A stretch of DNA of 64,000 bases from an uncultured Thermoanaerobaculia bacterium (GCA_964609835.1 CAZSTH010000006.1:5379-69378), one strand, 5' to 3'. Numbered from the stretch's first letter, positions 1-10,212 are shown. Numbers and translations: made by a program. The notes: generated from the sequence alone by a model not told the origin.

Positions 1-3000
1 GCCGACACGGCAGCCGCCAGCGTCACAGCGACCTGGACCACCTCGTCGTCGTATTGCAGAACGGCGGTGCTCCGACCACCCACCCCGAGGGCCGGAGCGC
101 TGGCGGTCACCGTCAGCTCACCGGCCGGCACCGCGGTGAAGACCACCGTGCCGTCGCCGCCGGTGACCGTCGGGAACCGGCCGCCGCCGGTCGATGTCAG
201 TGTGACGTTGGCCCCGGCGACCGCCTGCGCATCTGCGTCGAAGACCTGCACCGCGACCACGCCCTTCGGCCGCAGCACGACGCGATACGGATCCGCCACC
301 GAGCCCCCGCCGTCGAGCGGCACCCCGCCGTCGAAGCTCGACGCCGACACCCGTGCCTGACGCTGTTCGCCACCGAGCTCCTGGACGGTGATCGAGCCGC
401 TGCGCTCCGTCAGCACGCCGGGATAGACAAAGGCGTGGCCAGGATACGGAGGCTGCGGTGCAAGCAGCGTGAAGTCGAAAACGGGTTGCTGCTCGAGGCG
501 AACGCTCAATGGTGTCGTCGACGGGTCGACCTCGTTGAGCCCGCCCGCCAGCGACTCGAACACCCGGAACGCGACCTCTCCGGCAGGCTCGAGGACCAGG
601 TCGACCTCGGCCACCGGTGTGGTGGCGGTGAGAGCAACCTCGGCGCCTGCCCGCCGGGCCGAGCCCGGGACCGCGCCGGTGAGCTGGAAGCTGCCTTCGG
701 GGATCCCGAAGAAATCGAACCGCCCGAGGCTCTCCGGCTGGCCGGACGTGGTGTCCAGCGCTGTGATCGGACCACCCGACGTCGAGCCGCGAAGCTCGAC
801 CGTCCCCCCGGGCACGGGCGCTGTCTTGCCCGGATCGTCGTACAACGTGCCGCCGACCGCGCCGCGCTGGTCGACGTACAGCGTCCGCTCCACGAGCTGC
901 CCCGGCTGGGTCAGGGCCAGCCCATCGACACGACCACTGCGTCCGGTCGGGGCATGGAAGGCGGTCACCGAGTAGCTGCCGAGGGGCAAGGCATCGAAGA
1001 CGGCGAGCCCATCGACGTTCGCCACCGTCATCTCGTTGACTCCGCCACCGACCTTGCGGATCGTGACCTGGGTGTCGGACAGAAGGGCGCCGCTCTCAGG
1101 GTCGCGGATCGTGACCTCGATGGTGCCCACCGAAGTCGTGAGCACGATGTCCGACAGCGTCACGACCTGCCAGTCGTCGGTGATCGCGCCCTGTGCGGAC
1201 CCGCGGCGGGTCAGCTGACCGGGATCGCGGGCCACCACCCGCACACCGCCCGCGAACACGTGCCCGACCTCGTACCTCCCCTCCTCGTCCGCGCTGTACC
1301 AGCCGCTGCCAATCGGCAGCCTGCGGAAGGGATAGGCCTCCTCGCGGACGTAGTACTGGGCATGGGACAGCGGCACAAGCTCGTCGCCGATGCGTTCGAA
1401 GACCCTGCCGTTGACGGTGCCCTGGGCCTTCATTCGCACCGTCAGATCGAGGGTCTGGCCGCCGCTCCCGAAGATCGCGGAGGCCCTCCCCACACGCTCG
1501 ACGGTCCCCACGATGCCCTCAGCCCGGACCTCCAGCCGGCCCTCAGGAACCAGCTCGAACCGGAACGTCCCGGTGGCATCGGTGCGCTGGGTCTGCGGCA
1601 GGAGGTGCTCGGTGTGCAGCTCAACCTCGAAATCGGGGATCGGGGTCACACCATCGACGTTGACCAGGGTGCCGGTGACGGTGGAAGAGCCGTCGAAAAC
1701 AATGTCGACCGACCTCGACTGGCCGGCCCATTCGATCATCCCGGTCACCGTCCGCGCACCGTGGAAGGGGCTGAAGGCGGTGATTTCGTAACGGCCCACC
1801 GGCAGCTCGAGCTGCAGATTCCCGTTGGGATCCGTCACGGCCTCGATGGCGGTGCCCCGCGGGGTCACCTTTCGGGCCGTCTCGCTGTAATAGGTCGGCC
1901 GGTAGTACACCTCGGCCCACACGCTGCTGCCCTCACCGCTCGACACCTGGAGATCGACGACACCCGATCCCACCAGCTGCACCGTGGCAAAGGGACGGTG
2001 GCCGCCGAACACGATGTGGACCTCGTGTGCCTGGCCGAAATAGCCGATCCGCCCCTCGTCGAGGCCGTCCCCGGCGTGGGCGATGAGATCCCACTCGCCG
2101 AGATCGAGATCGTTGAAGGTAAAGCTCCCGTCCGCGAGCGACGTCACCTCCTGCCACGGCACCCCGTCGAGGATAGCGATGACTTCAACACCGCCGAGAG
2201 GCCTCCCGAGCGGATCGAGCACGACCCCGTCGATGCCACCCCGCATCTCGCGGAGCACGATCGGCTGCGCGTTGACCACATCAGGGGAGGTCTCGAGGAC
2301 CGCCACCTCGACGTCACCCTGCAATTGCCGTTCAGTGTCGATGGCAGATACGGTGTAGTTGGAGCCGGTGGCCGCCTGCACCGGCACACCCTCGATGCGG
2401 TAGCCACCGTCAGCGTCACTCGACGCATAGACCCCGGGGCCTGGGATGAAGACGGTCGCGCCATCCACCGGCAGCAGATCGCCGGACACCGGATCGTCGA
2501 AGTAGACAAAACCGGCGACCGACTTCGGCGGCGACACCGGCAGCACGAGCTCGACCTCAACGGTTTGGTCGGCGGCAAGGATGATGTCGGTCAGGACCGA
2601 GGTGCGGCTGATGCGCCAGTCCGCCGCCTGCACGGTGACCTGTCCTGCCGGCACCTGATCGAAGCGGAAGTGCCCGTAGGGATCGGTCTCCACCTCGCCG
2701 AGCAAGGCGCCGGCAGCCCAAACACCGACCTGTGCACCGCTGACCGGCGAAGTTTCGTCGTCCTCGAGCCGCAGGACCGTACCCACAACCACGCCCAACC
2801 CGGGCGGCTGGGTGCGGGGCAGCTCGAGCAGCACGTCCACGGTGTCCCCGGGCTGCGCGATACCAACGGTTGCGTAGACGGTACGTCCCTCGGGGTCGCG
2901 ACCGGTGAGAGTCAACGGACCCACCGGCATGGCCGGCACCGTGAAGTTGCCGCTGTCGTCGACGAACGCGGTCTCGGACTCGTTGAACAGCGTGCTTGCC

Positions 3001-6000
3001 ACCGTCACGCTGCCGTCGGAAACTGGCGCACCGCCGTCGAGATACACGAGCCTGCCGTTCACGGTGCCCCGACCCAGCAACGCGATGTTGATGCGCGTGA
3101 TCTGGTTCTGCAGGCGAATCGTCGACCTGACCTCTTCCACCGCCGCGGGCTCGGTGGCCGGATCGTCGCCTTCCGGGACGATGGCCCGCAGAATGAACTC
3201 TTCTTCGACGAAGGGATCCCAGTGCGGCGCCTCGACGAAATCGAAGTAGAACGCGCCGTCGTCGCCGGTCGACGTCTCACCGACCAGATCGAGCACCGTC
3301 TTGTAGCCGGTCACCGTGTCCTCGAGGCGCGGGCGGATCAGCTTGACCACGGCGTTAACCGCCGACTCTCCCGTGCCCCGCAGCACCTGCCCGCCCACCA
3401 GGCCGCCGTAGTGGCGGGGAGGGTGCTCGATCATGGGCGGAGGCGGGCTTTCTCCGAGCGTGTTGCCAAACTCATCCATCAGGTTCAATGGGTCGATGAG
3501 GTGCTCATGCACAACGAGCGGAGCCGAAGTGCTTCCGTCCCAGAGCGCACTGATCGGGCTCTGATAACGCACGTTGACCACGCGTGCGCTCGGCTGCAGA
3601 AACGCCTGGCGGCCGCTCTTTTCGGCGATCCACGGTTCGCCTCCATCCTCGAAGGTGGAGCGAATGCGATAGCTGTCCGCGGTCTGCCCCGACACCTCGT
3701 CGGGTGGCCGATTGAAGAGGTAGCTCACGCCCTGCCCGTAGCGGTTCTCTCCGGCGCTGATGCCGTAGTCCTGGCGCGCTCCGATGATCCGGAAGGCCGG
3801 CAAGGGCACGTCGTCGAGAAACGCCGTGGCGCCCGCCACAGGCTGGCCCGTCGAGAGATCGACGAGCTCGAACCCGCCGTCGGACGGGTCGACAACCCCG
3901 GCGCCGGCGGTCACCGCGTAGACGGTGTGGGCCGGCACCGTCACCTGGCCGAAGTCGATGCGTCGGTACCCGCCATCGACCGCGTCGCCGACAATCAGCA
4001 GCAGGCGTCCGGCCGCGGGCGAATCGCCAGAGTTCTCGATGGAGATCTCATGGAGCTCGTCGGCCTGCACCGAGCCGACCACCGCCAGTGGGATGTCACG
4101 ACCGCCCGCGGGATCCTCCGATACCGTGAAAATCTCGCCGAAGTCGAGGCTCCGCACCCGCTCTTCGAACTCGCCGGGATGGGCGAGCACAGCCCAGTCG
4201 TCCTCCGCCGCTTGCCGGATCTCGAGCGCCGGCACTTCGGCCGTGTCCCCAGGCAGCAGCATCGCCGCCAGGTAGGGATCGGCGTACGAGGTAGTGACCG
4301 CGAAATGATCGAAGAGGCCCTCTGCGTCGAGGCCGTGCGACTCCTGCTCGGCACGGAGGAGGCCGGCAAGCTCCACGCCCACCTGGCCACCCTTGTCGGT
4401 CAATCGCCTCAACCCGTCGATCTCGAGCAGCGGCGACCGATTGCCGAGCTGGTCGAGCAGCAGAACCTGCAGACTCTCAAGGAATCCATCGCCAAGGAAG
4501 ATCCGCTGGCCCGCAAAGCCGAGGTCGGCCGCCCGCTCCTCCACATCGGAGCGGATCACGCGCGGCAGCTCGGGAGGCGCCATCCCGGCCGGGGCCACCG
4601 CCAGGCTGTAAGCCAGGCCCAGAAAGTTCGTCACGGCGCTGAAGAAGCCGTCGGTCTCCGTGAACGGCGCCGACAGCCGCTCGGAAAAGCGCGGCAGCAC
4701 CAGGGTCGCCGGCGACAGCGGGATACCGAGCTCGCCGACGCCGGTGTAGAGCTGGATGGCACCGGACCCCGAGGCGGTTTCGAAGGTGCCACCGACCACC
4801 TGACCGGTCACGTCGGCGACGAGGCGGTACTCGACCGTCTCGGACTGCCCGGGTTCCAGCACCGTGATCTCGCGCAGGAAATCGTCCGCCGGATCCTGTT
4901 TGCGGGCACCGGTCATGTGCTCTTCGCGAATCTCCACCGAAACCAGGTTCTGCGTCACCCTGGAAAGATTGGTGACGGTGACGTACAGCGTGTAGGGGGT
5001 GTCCTTGCGGACCACGTCCGGATGGCTGAAGACCAGGTGGAACCGGGCGTCCACCACCTCCACCGCCGCCTGTGCGCTGGTCGCCACCGGCACCGTGGCC
5101 TTGCCCGGCCGCACCAGCTCGCCGGTCACGTCCATCTGCAGCGCGTGGGTCCCGGCTGCCAGGCCCTCGATGGTCCACGACGACGACGCCTGTCCACCTG
5201 GACCGACGACACCGCTGCCGTCGGCGCCGAGCATCGGAACCTGCTGGCCCGGGGCCACCGGCGGATCGGTCTCGGCGATCCGCAGCACGTTACCGTCGGG
5301 CAGCCGAAGCGTCGCGTGCAGGTTGTCGAGCTCGACGCCCGAACCCGCCGGCGCGCCGTTGGCGACGATCATGGTGGCGTCGAAGAACTGATTGAGGAAA
5401 GAAACGTTGCCCGGCATGACGATGGCACCGAAGACCGGGAACGTGATGGGAACGTAGACCTCCTCGTCCATCTCGAGAGGCCGGCGCTCCGGGATCTCCA
5501 GCGTGAAGGGCACGATGTGCGGCGGCTGCCAGCGCTGCACCAACTGCGCCACATCGGACGGCAGACCGTCGAGCTGGACGGTGGGCCGATCGAGGACCTC
5601 GACCTCCCCGCCGCCCTGGTACAGCACCGGGAGATTGATGATCACCAGCTCCGACTCGAACGCGAACCCGACGGCGAAGTTGTAGCCCTGAAAGTTCTCC
5701 TGGGTGATCGAAATGCCCCTGGCCTCGAGGTCTTCGAGGCTGAGGGTCGTGACGGTCGCCGAGGCGAGGACGATCTGGCGGACGTGAATCACCGCAATGG
5801 GAGGATCAGCGCTCTGGATCACCGAGTTGTCAGAGGTGTCCACGAGGCGGATGTTCTCGAGCAAGTAGTCGCCCTGCTGCTGGAATCCCGGCAGGACGAA
5901 GGTGCCACCCGGCACCGTCGTCAGTGGAATCGCCTCCGGCAACTCCGGCCCGCGCAGCTCCGCCCGCAATTGGAGACCGATCGTCCAGGGATCGCCCGAT

Positions 6001-6248
6001 GAGGCCGCCCCGCACTCTTCGTCGCCCGTGCCGTAACAGGTGCGCACCGTGGCGCGCTCGCCGATGTTGACGACCTGATCCGCATCGTTGACCTGGTCGT
6101 CCGCGTAGATCGTCACCCGCGTGCCCCGCACCTCCAACGCGCCTTCAACGATCAGCCCGTTCGCCTCGACTGTGCCGCCTGCTGCCGCACCCGCGATCGC
6201 CAGTGCGACCGCGATCCGCCCGAAGTGCGGCAGCGGACGGGGAATCAC
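1..6248 (-). CDS. Giant secreted repeat protein. More than 2,080 aa lie in the window and the C-terminus runs off the left edge. It has a signal peptide followed by about nine carboxypeptidase-regulatory-like/Ig-like beta-sandwich repeats.
   Basis: Own minus-strand translation. GTG at 6248 has GGGGAG 7 nt upstream, and an in-frame TGA at 6302..6300 closes the frame upstream. The N-terminus VIPRPLPHFGRIAVALAIAGAAAGGTVEANG looks like a signal peptide. The frame stays open to position 1. Recurrent units include GTVNGRLVYLDGGAPVSDGSVTV..DDSGNFTVPAMPVGPLTLTG and VTGTLVNVDGVTPIPDFEVELH..TDATGTFRFELVPEGRLEVRA. It is absent from the ORF track because it has no in-window stop. Confidence 0.85.
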   Translation of the reverse strand, partial: MIPRPLPHFGRIAVALAIAGAAAGGTVEANGLIVEGALEVRGTRVTIYADDQVNDADQVVNIGERATVRTCYGTGDEECGAASSGDPWTIGLQLRAELRGPELPEAIPLTTVPGGTFVLPGFQQQGDYLLENIRLVDTSDNSVIQSADPPIAVIHVRQIVLASATVTTLSLEDLEARGISITQENFQGYNFAVGFAFESELVIINLPVLYQGGGEVEVLDRPTVQLDGLPSDVAQLVQRWQPPHIVPFTLEIPERRPLEMDEEVYVPITFPVFGAIVMPGNVSFLNQFFDATMIVANGAPAGSGVELDNLHATLRLPDGNVLRIAETDPPVAPGQQVPMLGADGSGVVGPGGQASSSWTIEGLAAGTHALQMDVTGELVRPGKATVPVATSAQAAVEVVDARFHLVFSHPDVVRKDTPYTLYVTVTNLSRVTQNLVSVEIREEHMTGARKQDPADDFLREITVLEPGQSETVEYRLVADVTGQVVGGTFETASGSGAIQLYTGVGELGIPLSPATLVLPRFSERLSAPFTETDGFFSAVTNFLGLAYSLAVAPAGMAPPELPRVIRSDVEERAADLGFAGQRIFLGDGFLESLQVLLLDQLGNRSPLLEIDGLRRLTDKGGQVGVELAGLLRAEQESHGLDAEGLFDHFAVTTSYADPYLAAMLLPGDTAEVPALEIRQAAEDDWAVLAHPGEFEERVRSLDFGEIFTVSEDPAGGRDIPLAVVGSVQADELHEISIENSGDSPAAGRLLLIVGDAVDGGYRRIDFGQVTVPAHTVYAVTAGAGVVDPSDGGFELVDLSTGQPVAGATAFLDDVPLPAFRIIGARQDYGISAGENRYGQGVSYLFNRPPDEVSGQTADSYRIRSTFEDGGEPWIAEKSGRQAFLQPSARVVNVRYQSPISALWDGSTSAPLVVHEHLIDPLNLMDEFGNTLGESPPPPMIEHPPRHYGGLVGGQVLRGTGESAVNAVVKLIRPRLEDTVTGYKTVLDLVGETSTGDDGAFYFDFVEAPHWDPFVEEEFILRAIVPEGDDPATEPAAVEEVRSTIRLQNQITRINIALLGRGTVNGRLVYLDGGAPVSDGSVTVASTLFNESETAFVDDSGNFTVPAMPVGPLTLTGRDPEGRTVYATVGIAQPGDTVDVLLELPRTQPPGLGVVVGTVLRLEDDETSPVSGAQVGVWAAGALLGEVETDPYGHFRFDQVPAGQVTVQAADWRISRTSVLTDIILAADQTVEVELVLPVSPPKSVAGFVYFDDPVSGDLLPVDGATVFIPGPGVYASSDADGGYRIEGVPVQAATGSNYTVSAIDTERQLQGDVEVAVLETSPDVVNAQPIVLREMRGGIDGVVLDPLGRPLGGVEVIAILDGVPWQEVTSLADGSFTFNDLDLGEWDLIAHAGDGLDEGRIGYFGQAHEVHIVFGGHRPFATVQLVGSGVVDLQVSSGEGSSVWAEVYYRPTYYSETARKVTPRGTAIEAVTDPNGNLQLELPVGRYEITAFSPFHGARTVTGMIEWAGQSRSVDIVFDGSSTVTGTLVNVDGVTPIPDFEVELHTEHLLPQTQRTDATGTFRFELVPEGRLEVRAEGIVGTVERVGRASAIFGSGGQTLDLTVRMKAQGTVNGRVFERIGDELVPLSHAQYYVREEAYPFRRLPIGSGWYSADEEGRYEVGHVFAGGVRVVARDPGQLTRRGSAQGAITDDWQVVTLSDIVLTTSVGTIEVTIRDPESGALLSDTQVTIRKVGGGVNEMTVANVDGLAVFDALPLGSYSVTAFHAPTGRSGRVDGLALTQPGQLVERTLYVDQRGAVGGTLYDDPGKTAPVPGGTVELRGSTSGGPITALDTTSGQPESLGRFDFFGIPEGSFQLTGAVPGSARRAGAEVALTATTPVAEVDLVLEPAGEVAFRVFESLAGGLNEVDPSTTPLSVRLEQQPVFDFTLLAPQPPYPGHAFVYPGVLTERSGSITVQELGGEQRQARVSASSFDGGVPLDGGGSVADPYRVVLRPKGVVAVQVFDADAQAVAGANVTLTSTGGGRFPTVTGGDGTVVFTAVPAGELTVTASAPALGVGGRSTAVLQYDDEVVQVAVTLAAAVS

Positions 6249-6293
6249 ATCCCACTCCCCCGCTGGCTGGACCCAACGCCGAGATTCACGAAC

Positions 6294-6430
6294 CTGCCTT
6301 CATGGTGAACGGAAGGCTCCTTTCACCTGACGGAAACGCCCTCGTGTACATTAATAGGGCACCGGCGACGCGTTGGCAATCGCCCGTTTGAGTGGTTTTT
6401 CTCATCACTTTGAGTGAATTTAAGGAGAAT
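6294..6430 (-). promoter_or_regulatory. Copy 1 of a 137-bp promoter/leader element, upstream of the giant repeat protein gene.
   Basis: On the minus strand there is a 33-nt AT-rich box AAATTCACTCAAAGTGATGAGAAAAACCACTCA (6421..6389). It is followed by -35 TTGCCA (6379..6374), a 17-nt spacer and -10 TATTAA (6356..6351). The leader hairpin GGTGAAAGGAGCCTTCCGTTCACC (6327..6304) encloses AGGAG, and ATGAAGGCAG follows from 6303. The element is 117/137 identical to 10298..10434. Confidence 0.7.
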
Positions 6431-6519
6431 CCGTGCATGAAACATAGGTGCCATGGCACGTGCCATAGGTGTCGGTGTCGGCCCTGGTATCTGTGCACCT
6501 GCTCTGATTCACCTCGCCC

Positions 6520-9500
6520 TTACGACGGATCGCCAACCAGGACGAACGGCGCCCAGATCATTGCCGAGGGGTAGACGCGGCGGATTTCGCTGCGCGCCTG
6601 CCGAAGCGCCTCCGCCTTGGTTTCCCCGGCCAACCATCGAGAGTAAAAGATCTCCATGAGCTCGGCCGTGGGCTCGTCGGCCACCGACCACAGCGTGACC
6701 ACCACGCTGCGAGATCCGGCGGCCAGAAACGCGCGGCCCACCCCGAACACACCCTCTCCTTCCCGGACCTCGCCGATCCCGCTGTTGCAGGCCGAAACCA
6801 CCACCATTTCCGTGTCGACCAGCGGCATCGAGATGATCTCGTCGAGGGTCAGCAGGCCCCACTCGTCCCTTCGCCGGAAGGCTTCGTTGGCACCCGCCAA
6901 CGCCAGGCCGGCACGTGCGAGAGGGTTGTCCTCGGGGACCGCTCGCAGTCCGCTGTACTCCGACAACAGCAGGGGAGTCAGATTCGAAGGGTTCGCCGGA
7001 AGCTCACCTGGAATCGAGTACCCGTGGGTCGCGAAGTGCATCAACCACGGGGACTCGACGAAGTCCATCGCGCCCTCGTTGGCATCGAGGTCCGTGAACA
7101 CCAGAACGTCGAGCGAGGTTCGATCCTCCAGCAGGCGGACCACCGCGTCGGCTTCGCGCCGGGTGCCCGGCAGTCGACCGAGATGGACGTTCTGGAACGG
7201 TGCAATGCCCCAGGCGCGACGACGCGATCCGCGCCGCTCCACGACCCATCGGCTCTCGTCCGGCGGCTTGGGGGGCATGGTGTCGAAGTCCGGGTCGGCA
7301 ACCACGATCGCGCTTCGCTTCCGGAGCTGTGGTCCATCCCACAAAGCGAGGTCGCGGCCGTTCGAGAGGTAGCTGATGCGAAACTCCTCGTCGAGATAGG
7401 CCCCGGATCGATCGCGCATGCAACCGAAGGGCAGACGGGCGAGCGCACCGTCCGGGCTCACGAGCAGCCACTCGATGCCTGTCGTGGTAGTCGACCACGG
7501 GCCCACCAGCAGATCGAAGACCCGGCTCCCGAGGTTGCGCCCGGCGGTGGTCTGATCGAACCCCCGCGCGATCGCGGCCAGGTACTCGAACACCACGCCG
7601 TCGATCTCGGTCGCCGGGCCAAGATCGACGAGAAGGGGGCCGGCGGATCCGGCGGGCACCACGAAGACCAGATACCGGTCCTCGCCACCCACCTGGCCCG
7701 CGCGACAGAAATCGACGTAGGCCGAGCCTGGCGGCAGCCGGTCCTCGAGCTCACGGGTCGTGAAATCCACGCCGCCCGTCCAGAATCCGGATTCCGTCAG
7801 CTTTTGGTGGAGGTCCTTCTCGATCTCGGACCGCTCCTCGCGCAGCCGTTGGATCGCCTCCCGACCACGCCGGTCGCTGCGGCCCTCGAACCACAGCACT
7901 GCCAGCTCATTGTCGATCGCCCGGAGCTGCTCGGCCAGCTCTCGAGTCTCCTCAGATGGGTCGAGGGCCAGCATCTCGCTTCGTGAGCGCTGGGTTTCCA
8001 GCAACGCGCCCTTGATCCGCAACCAGCCGTCGAGCGTCCGCCGCACCTCGTGCGCGCCGGCGCCGGCGTGGCGAGCGGTGTGCAACATGACCTCTGCAGC
8101 CCTCGCACGCAGCCGCTGCAGCGCGGCCACCTGCTGTCGCTCCGAGAGAACCGAAAGCAGGCTCTGGAAGTGATCGAGATCCGCCGCCTGGGCCTGGAAG
8201 AACAGCTCCGCGCTCCGGCGGTGATTGCCCTCCCTTGCCAGCGCGTTGGCCAGCAGGTGCCGCGCCTCCGACATCAGTATGTAGTCGTCGCCGTACAGGG
8301 ACTGCCAACGTTCGAGGCAGTGCTCGAGAATGCGCGCGGCCTCCGCGTGCCGTCCCGCAGCGAGGTACACGCAGGCCAGCGCGTACTCGGTCTCGATGAC
8401 CTCCGGGGTGTCCGAACCGAAGCGCGCGATCAAGATCTCCCGCGCGCCGGCACACGCCGTGAGCGCTTCGGAGTACCGACGCGCCTGCATGAAGTAGATG
8501 CCCAGCTCCCGCAGAGCAACAGCCGTGTCCGGATGGTCGCGGCCAAGGTGTTCGACCCGCCGCGACAGTCCCTGGCGCTGCGCCGCGATCGCGGCAGACC
8601 GCTTCCCGTCGGCGCTCTCGATCTGCGCCTCGAGCCGATAGGTGTCAGCCATGTGGAGCGGGCGCCATGCGTGCATCATCAACCGGTGCAGCTCGTCGAC
8701 GATCCCACGGGCGTCGTCATACCTCCCGGAGGCGATCAGCACCTTCACGAGACCGGACTTGGCTCGAAAAAGAGCATCCCAATTCCGCCCCTGGCTGAGA
8801 TCGAACGCTTCGATCGCCGACCGGTAGAGCCTCTCTGCTTCGCCCAACCGCCCGGAACGGCGGTAGACATCCGCCACGCGCGCCACCAGCTCCGAGAACT
8901 CCCATCTCGACGAGGACATCTCCGACAACGCCGAATCGTCGAATGCCGCCAAGTGTCGGTTGGCCTCGCGGAAACGGCCGAGCTGCTGGAGGGACACCGC
9001 GAGCCGCGCGCGGATCAGCTCCTTCTCGATCATCGACTCCATTGAGCCGGAATCCGACAGCTCGAGGGCCCGCGACAGGGGAGCGACCGCCGCTTCGGGC
9101 CGGCCGAGCTCATACAGGGTGGCACCGACCCCCGCGTGCGCTTCAGCCACCAGTTCGTGCTCTCCAGGCAAAAGGCGTTCTCTCACCTCGAGCACCTCCT
9201 GCCACCGCCACAGCGCGTCGTCGAAGTTTTGTTCGCGATAGGCGAACGCCGCAGATCGCCGCTGTTCGCCGACCCGCCACAGCTCACGCCGGTCGGCGTC
9301 CGTGTCGAATGCCAGGTAGACCGACGCGATCGCCGCCACCGCGGCCCCGGTCCACGCCACTCCCAGAGGGAAACGCCTCAACACCAGCAACCAACAGACC
9401 ATTGCGAGCGCGAAGATGCCGATTCCCCGATTCACGCTCAGCACGATGCGTTCGTCGAGGGACAGCAGCCGCAGCTCGACCGCGAACCAGAGAAAGACGA

Positions 9501-10212
9501 CCGACGATGTCACGAAGAGTGCCGCGACCGCCGCCGACAGCCAGCGAGACGCGAATTGCAGCGTCGACCGAGTCTCGGCTTCGAAGAAACGCCGCGAGGC
9601 CAGAAAGCCGACCACCCCACATCCCAAGGCCGCGCACACGAACTTGAACGGCCACGACACCGGGATTGAAAGCCATCCGAGCAGAGGGCCCCCGAGGCTG
9701 ATCGTGCCGACCGTCACCACCGCGAACGTCAGGACCGCGAGCTCGACTGCGAGCACGGAAGACGCCCACCCGGGCAGACGGCCGAGCGCGGCGAGAACCG
9801 CCACCGCGATTGACACGACGCCGCAGCCCACGATGCCCAGTCGGAAGGCGGTCGCCAGATCCAACCCGAAGGCATCCCACAGATCCGCCAGCGCCAGCCA
9901 CAGCCCGCCGGCCGCGAGCCCGCCGAGCACGACGGCCGTCAGTATGCGCAGGAGCCTGTCCTGCCACGCCACATCGACGATCGCGGTCGCAGCCCTCGAG
10001 GCGACGAAAAGTACCGGCAGCAGGACGACGCAGAGCGTGAGCCAGCCCGGCCACAACCCAGCGGACCTCAGGAAACCACGAGCCACCAGCGCGCTGGGAC
10101 CGAAGAGCAGCAGCGTCATTGCCAGCGCTACGGCCACGCGGACTGCACCAGCCGATGGCGGCGGCTCGTTCGTACGGGCGGACGACGGTGTGCGTGCCGA
10201 GGAGACTGTCAT
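6520..10212 (-). CDS. Polytopic-membrane TPR-CHAT protein (caspase-like protease domain), 1,230 aa.
   Basis: The first ~300 aa are a run of hydrophobic helices. The middle has TPR-like repeats (e.g. AEAHAGVGATLYELGRPEAAVAPLSRALEL) and a coiled-coil stretch. The C-terminal CHAT signature includes HFATHGYS (His), VVVSACNSG (Cys) and GVGRAFLAAGSRSVVVTLWSVADEPTAELM. GAGG lies 7 nt upstream of the ATG. Confidence 0.85.
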   Translation of the reverse strand: MTVSSARTPSSARTNEPPPSAGAVRVAVALAMTLLLFGPSALVARGFLRSAGLWPGWLTLCVVLLPVLFVASRAATAIVDVAWQDRLLRILTAVVLGGLAAGGLWLALADLWDAFGLDLATAFRLGIVGCGVVSIAVAVLAALGRLPGWASSVLAVELAVLTFAVVTVGTISLGGPLLGWLSIPVSWPFKFVCAALGCGVVGFLASRRFFEAETRSTLQFASRWLSAAVAALFVTSSVVFLWFAVELRLLSLDERIVLSVNRGIGIFALAMVCWLLVLRRFPLGVAWTGAAVAAIASVYLAFDTDADRRELWRVGEQRRSAAFAYREQNFDDALWRWQEVLEVRERLLPGEHELVAEAHAGVGATLYELGRPEAAVAPLSRALELSDSGSMESMIEKELIRARLAVSLQQLGRFREANRHLAAFDDSALSEMSSSRWEFSELVARVADVYRRSGRLGEAERLYRSAIEAFDLSQGRNWDALFRAKSGLVKVLIASGRYDDARGIVDELHRLMMHAWRPLHMADTYRLEAQIESADGKRSAAIAAQRQGLSRRVEHLGRDHPDTAVALRELGIYFMQARRYSEALTACAGAREILIARFGSDTPEVIETEYALACVYLAAGRHAEAARILEHCLERWQSLYGDDYILMSEARHLLANALAREGNHRRSAELFFQAQAADLDHFQSLLSVLSERQQVAALQRLRARAAEVMLHTARHAGAGAHEVRRTLDGWLRIKGALLETQRSRSEMLALDPSEETRELAEQLRAIDNELAVLWFEGRSDRRGREAIQRLREERSEIEKDLHQKLTESGFWTGGVDFTTRELEDRLPPGSAYVDFCRAGQVGGEDRYLVFVVPAGSAGPLLVDLGPATEIDGVVFEYLAAIARGFDQTTAGRNLGSRVFDLLVGPWSTTTTGIEWLLVSPDGALARLPFGCMRDRSGAYLDEEFRISYLSNGRDLALWDGPQLRKRSAIVVADPDFDTMPPKPPDESRWVVERRGSRRRAWGIAPFQNVHLGRLPGTRREADAVVRLLEDRTSLDVLVFTDLDANEGAMDFVESPWLMHFATHGYSIPGELPANPSNLTPLLLSEYSGLRAVPEDNPLARAGLALAGANEAFRRRDEWGLLTLDEIISMPLVDTEMVVVSACNSGIGEVREGEGVFGVGRAFLAAGSRSVVVTLWSVADEPTAELMEIFYSRWLAGETKAEALRQARSEIRRVYPSAMIWAPFVLVGDPS

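Noticed and set aside
54-6002. A 1,982-aa plus-strand ORF, the longest entry in the supplied track.
   Set aside because: Its product is Arg/His/Gly/Pro-rich with no recognisable motif. The opposite strand encodes a coherent signal-peptide-bearing repeat protein in an open frame from 6248 to the window edge. I treat the plus-strand ORF as an antisense shadow typical of high-GC DNA.
6286-6303. The leader ATGs of the 137-bp elements as genuine small genes (MKAGS* at 6303..6286 and a 32-codon uORF at 10307..10209).
   Set aside because: Only the first three codons are conserved between the copies, and GC3 of the longer uORF is low. They are more likely regulatory uORFs or untranslated. The ATGA coupling to the CHAT start is noted in the findings.
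6294-6430. The repeated element as a riboswitch, such as a c-di-GMP class often found before adhesin genes.
   Set aside because: With the predicted -10 at 6356..6351, the conserved transcribed part is only ~45 nt and forms one simple hairpin. That is too short for the known riboswitch classes I recall.
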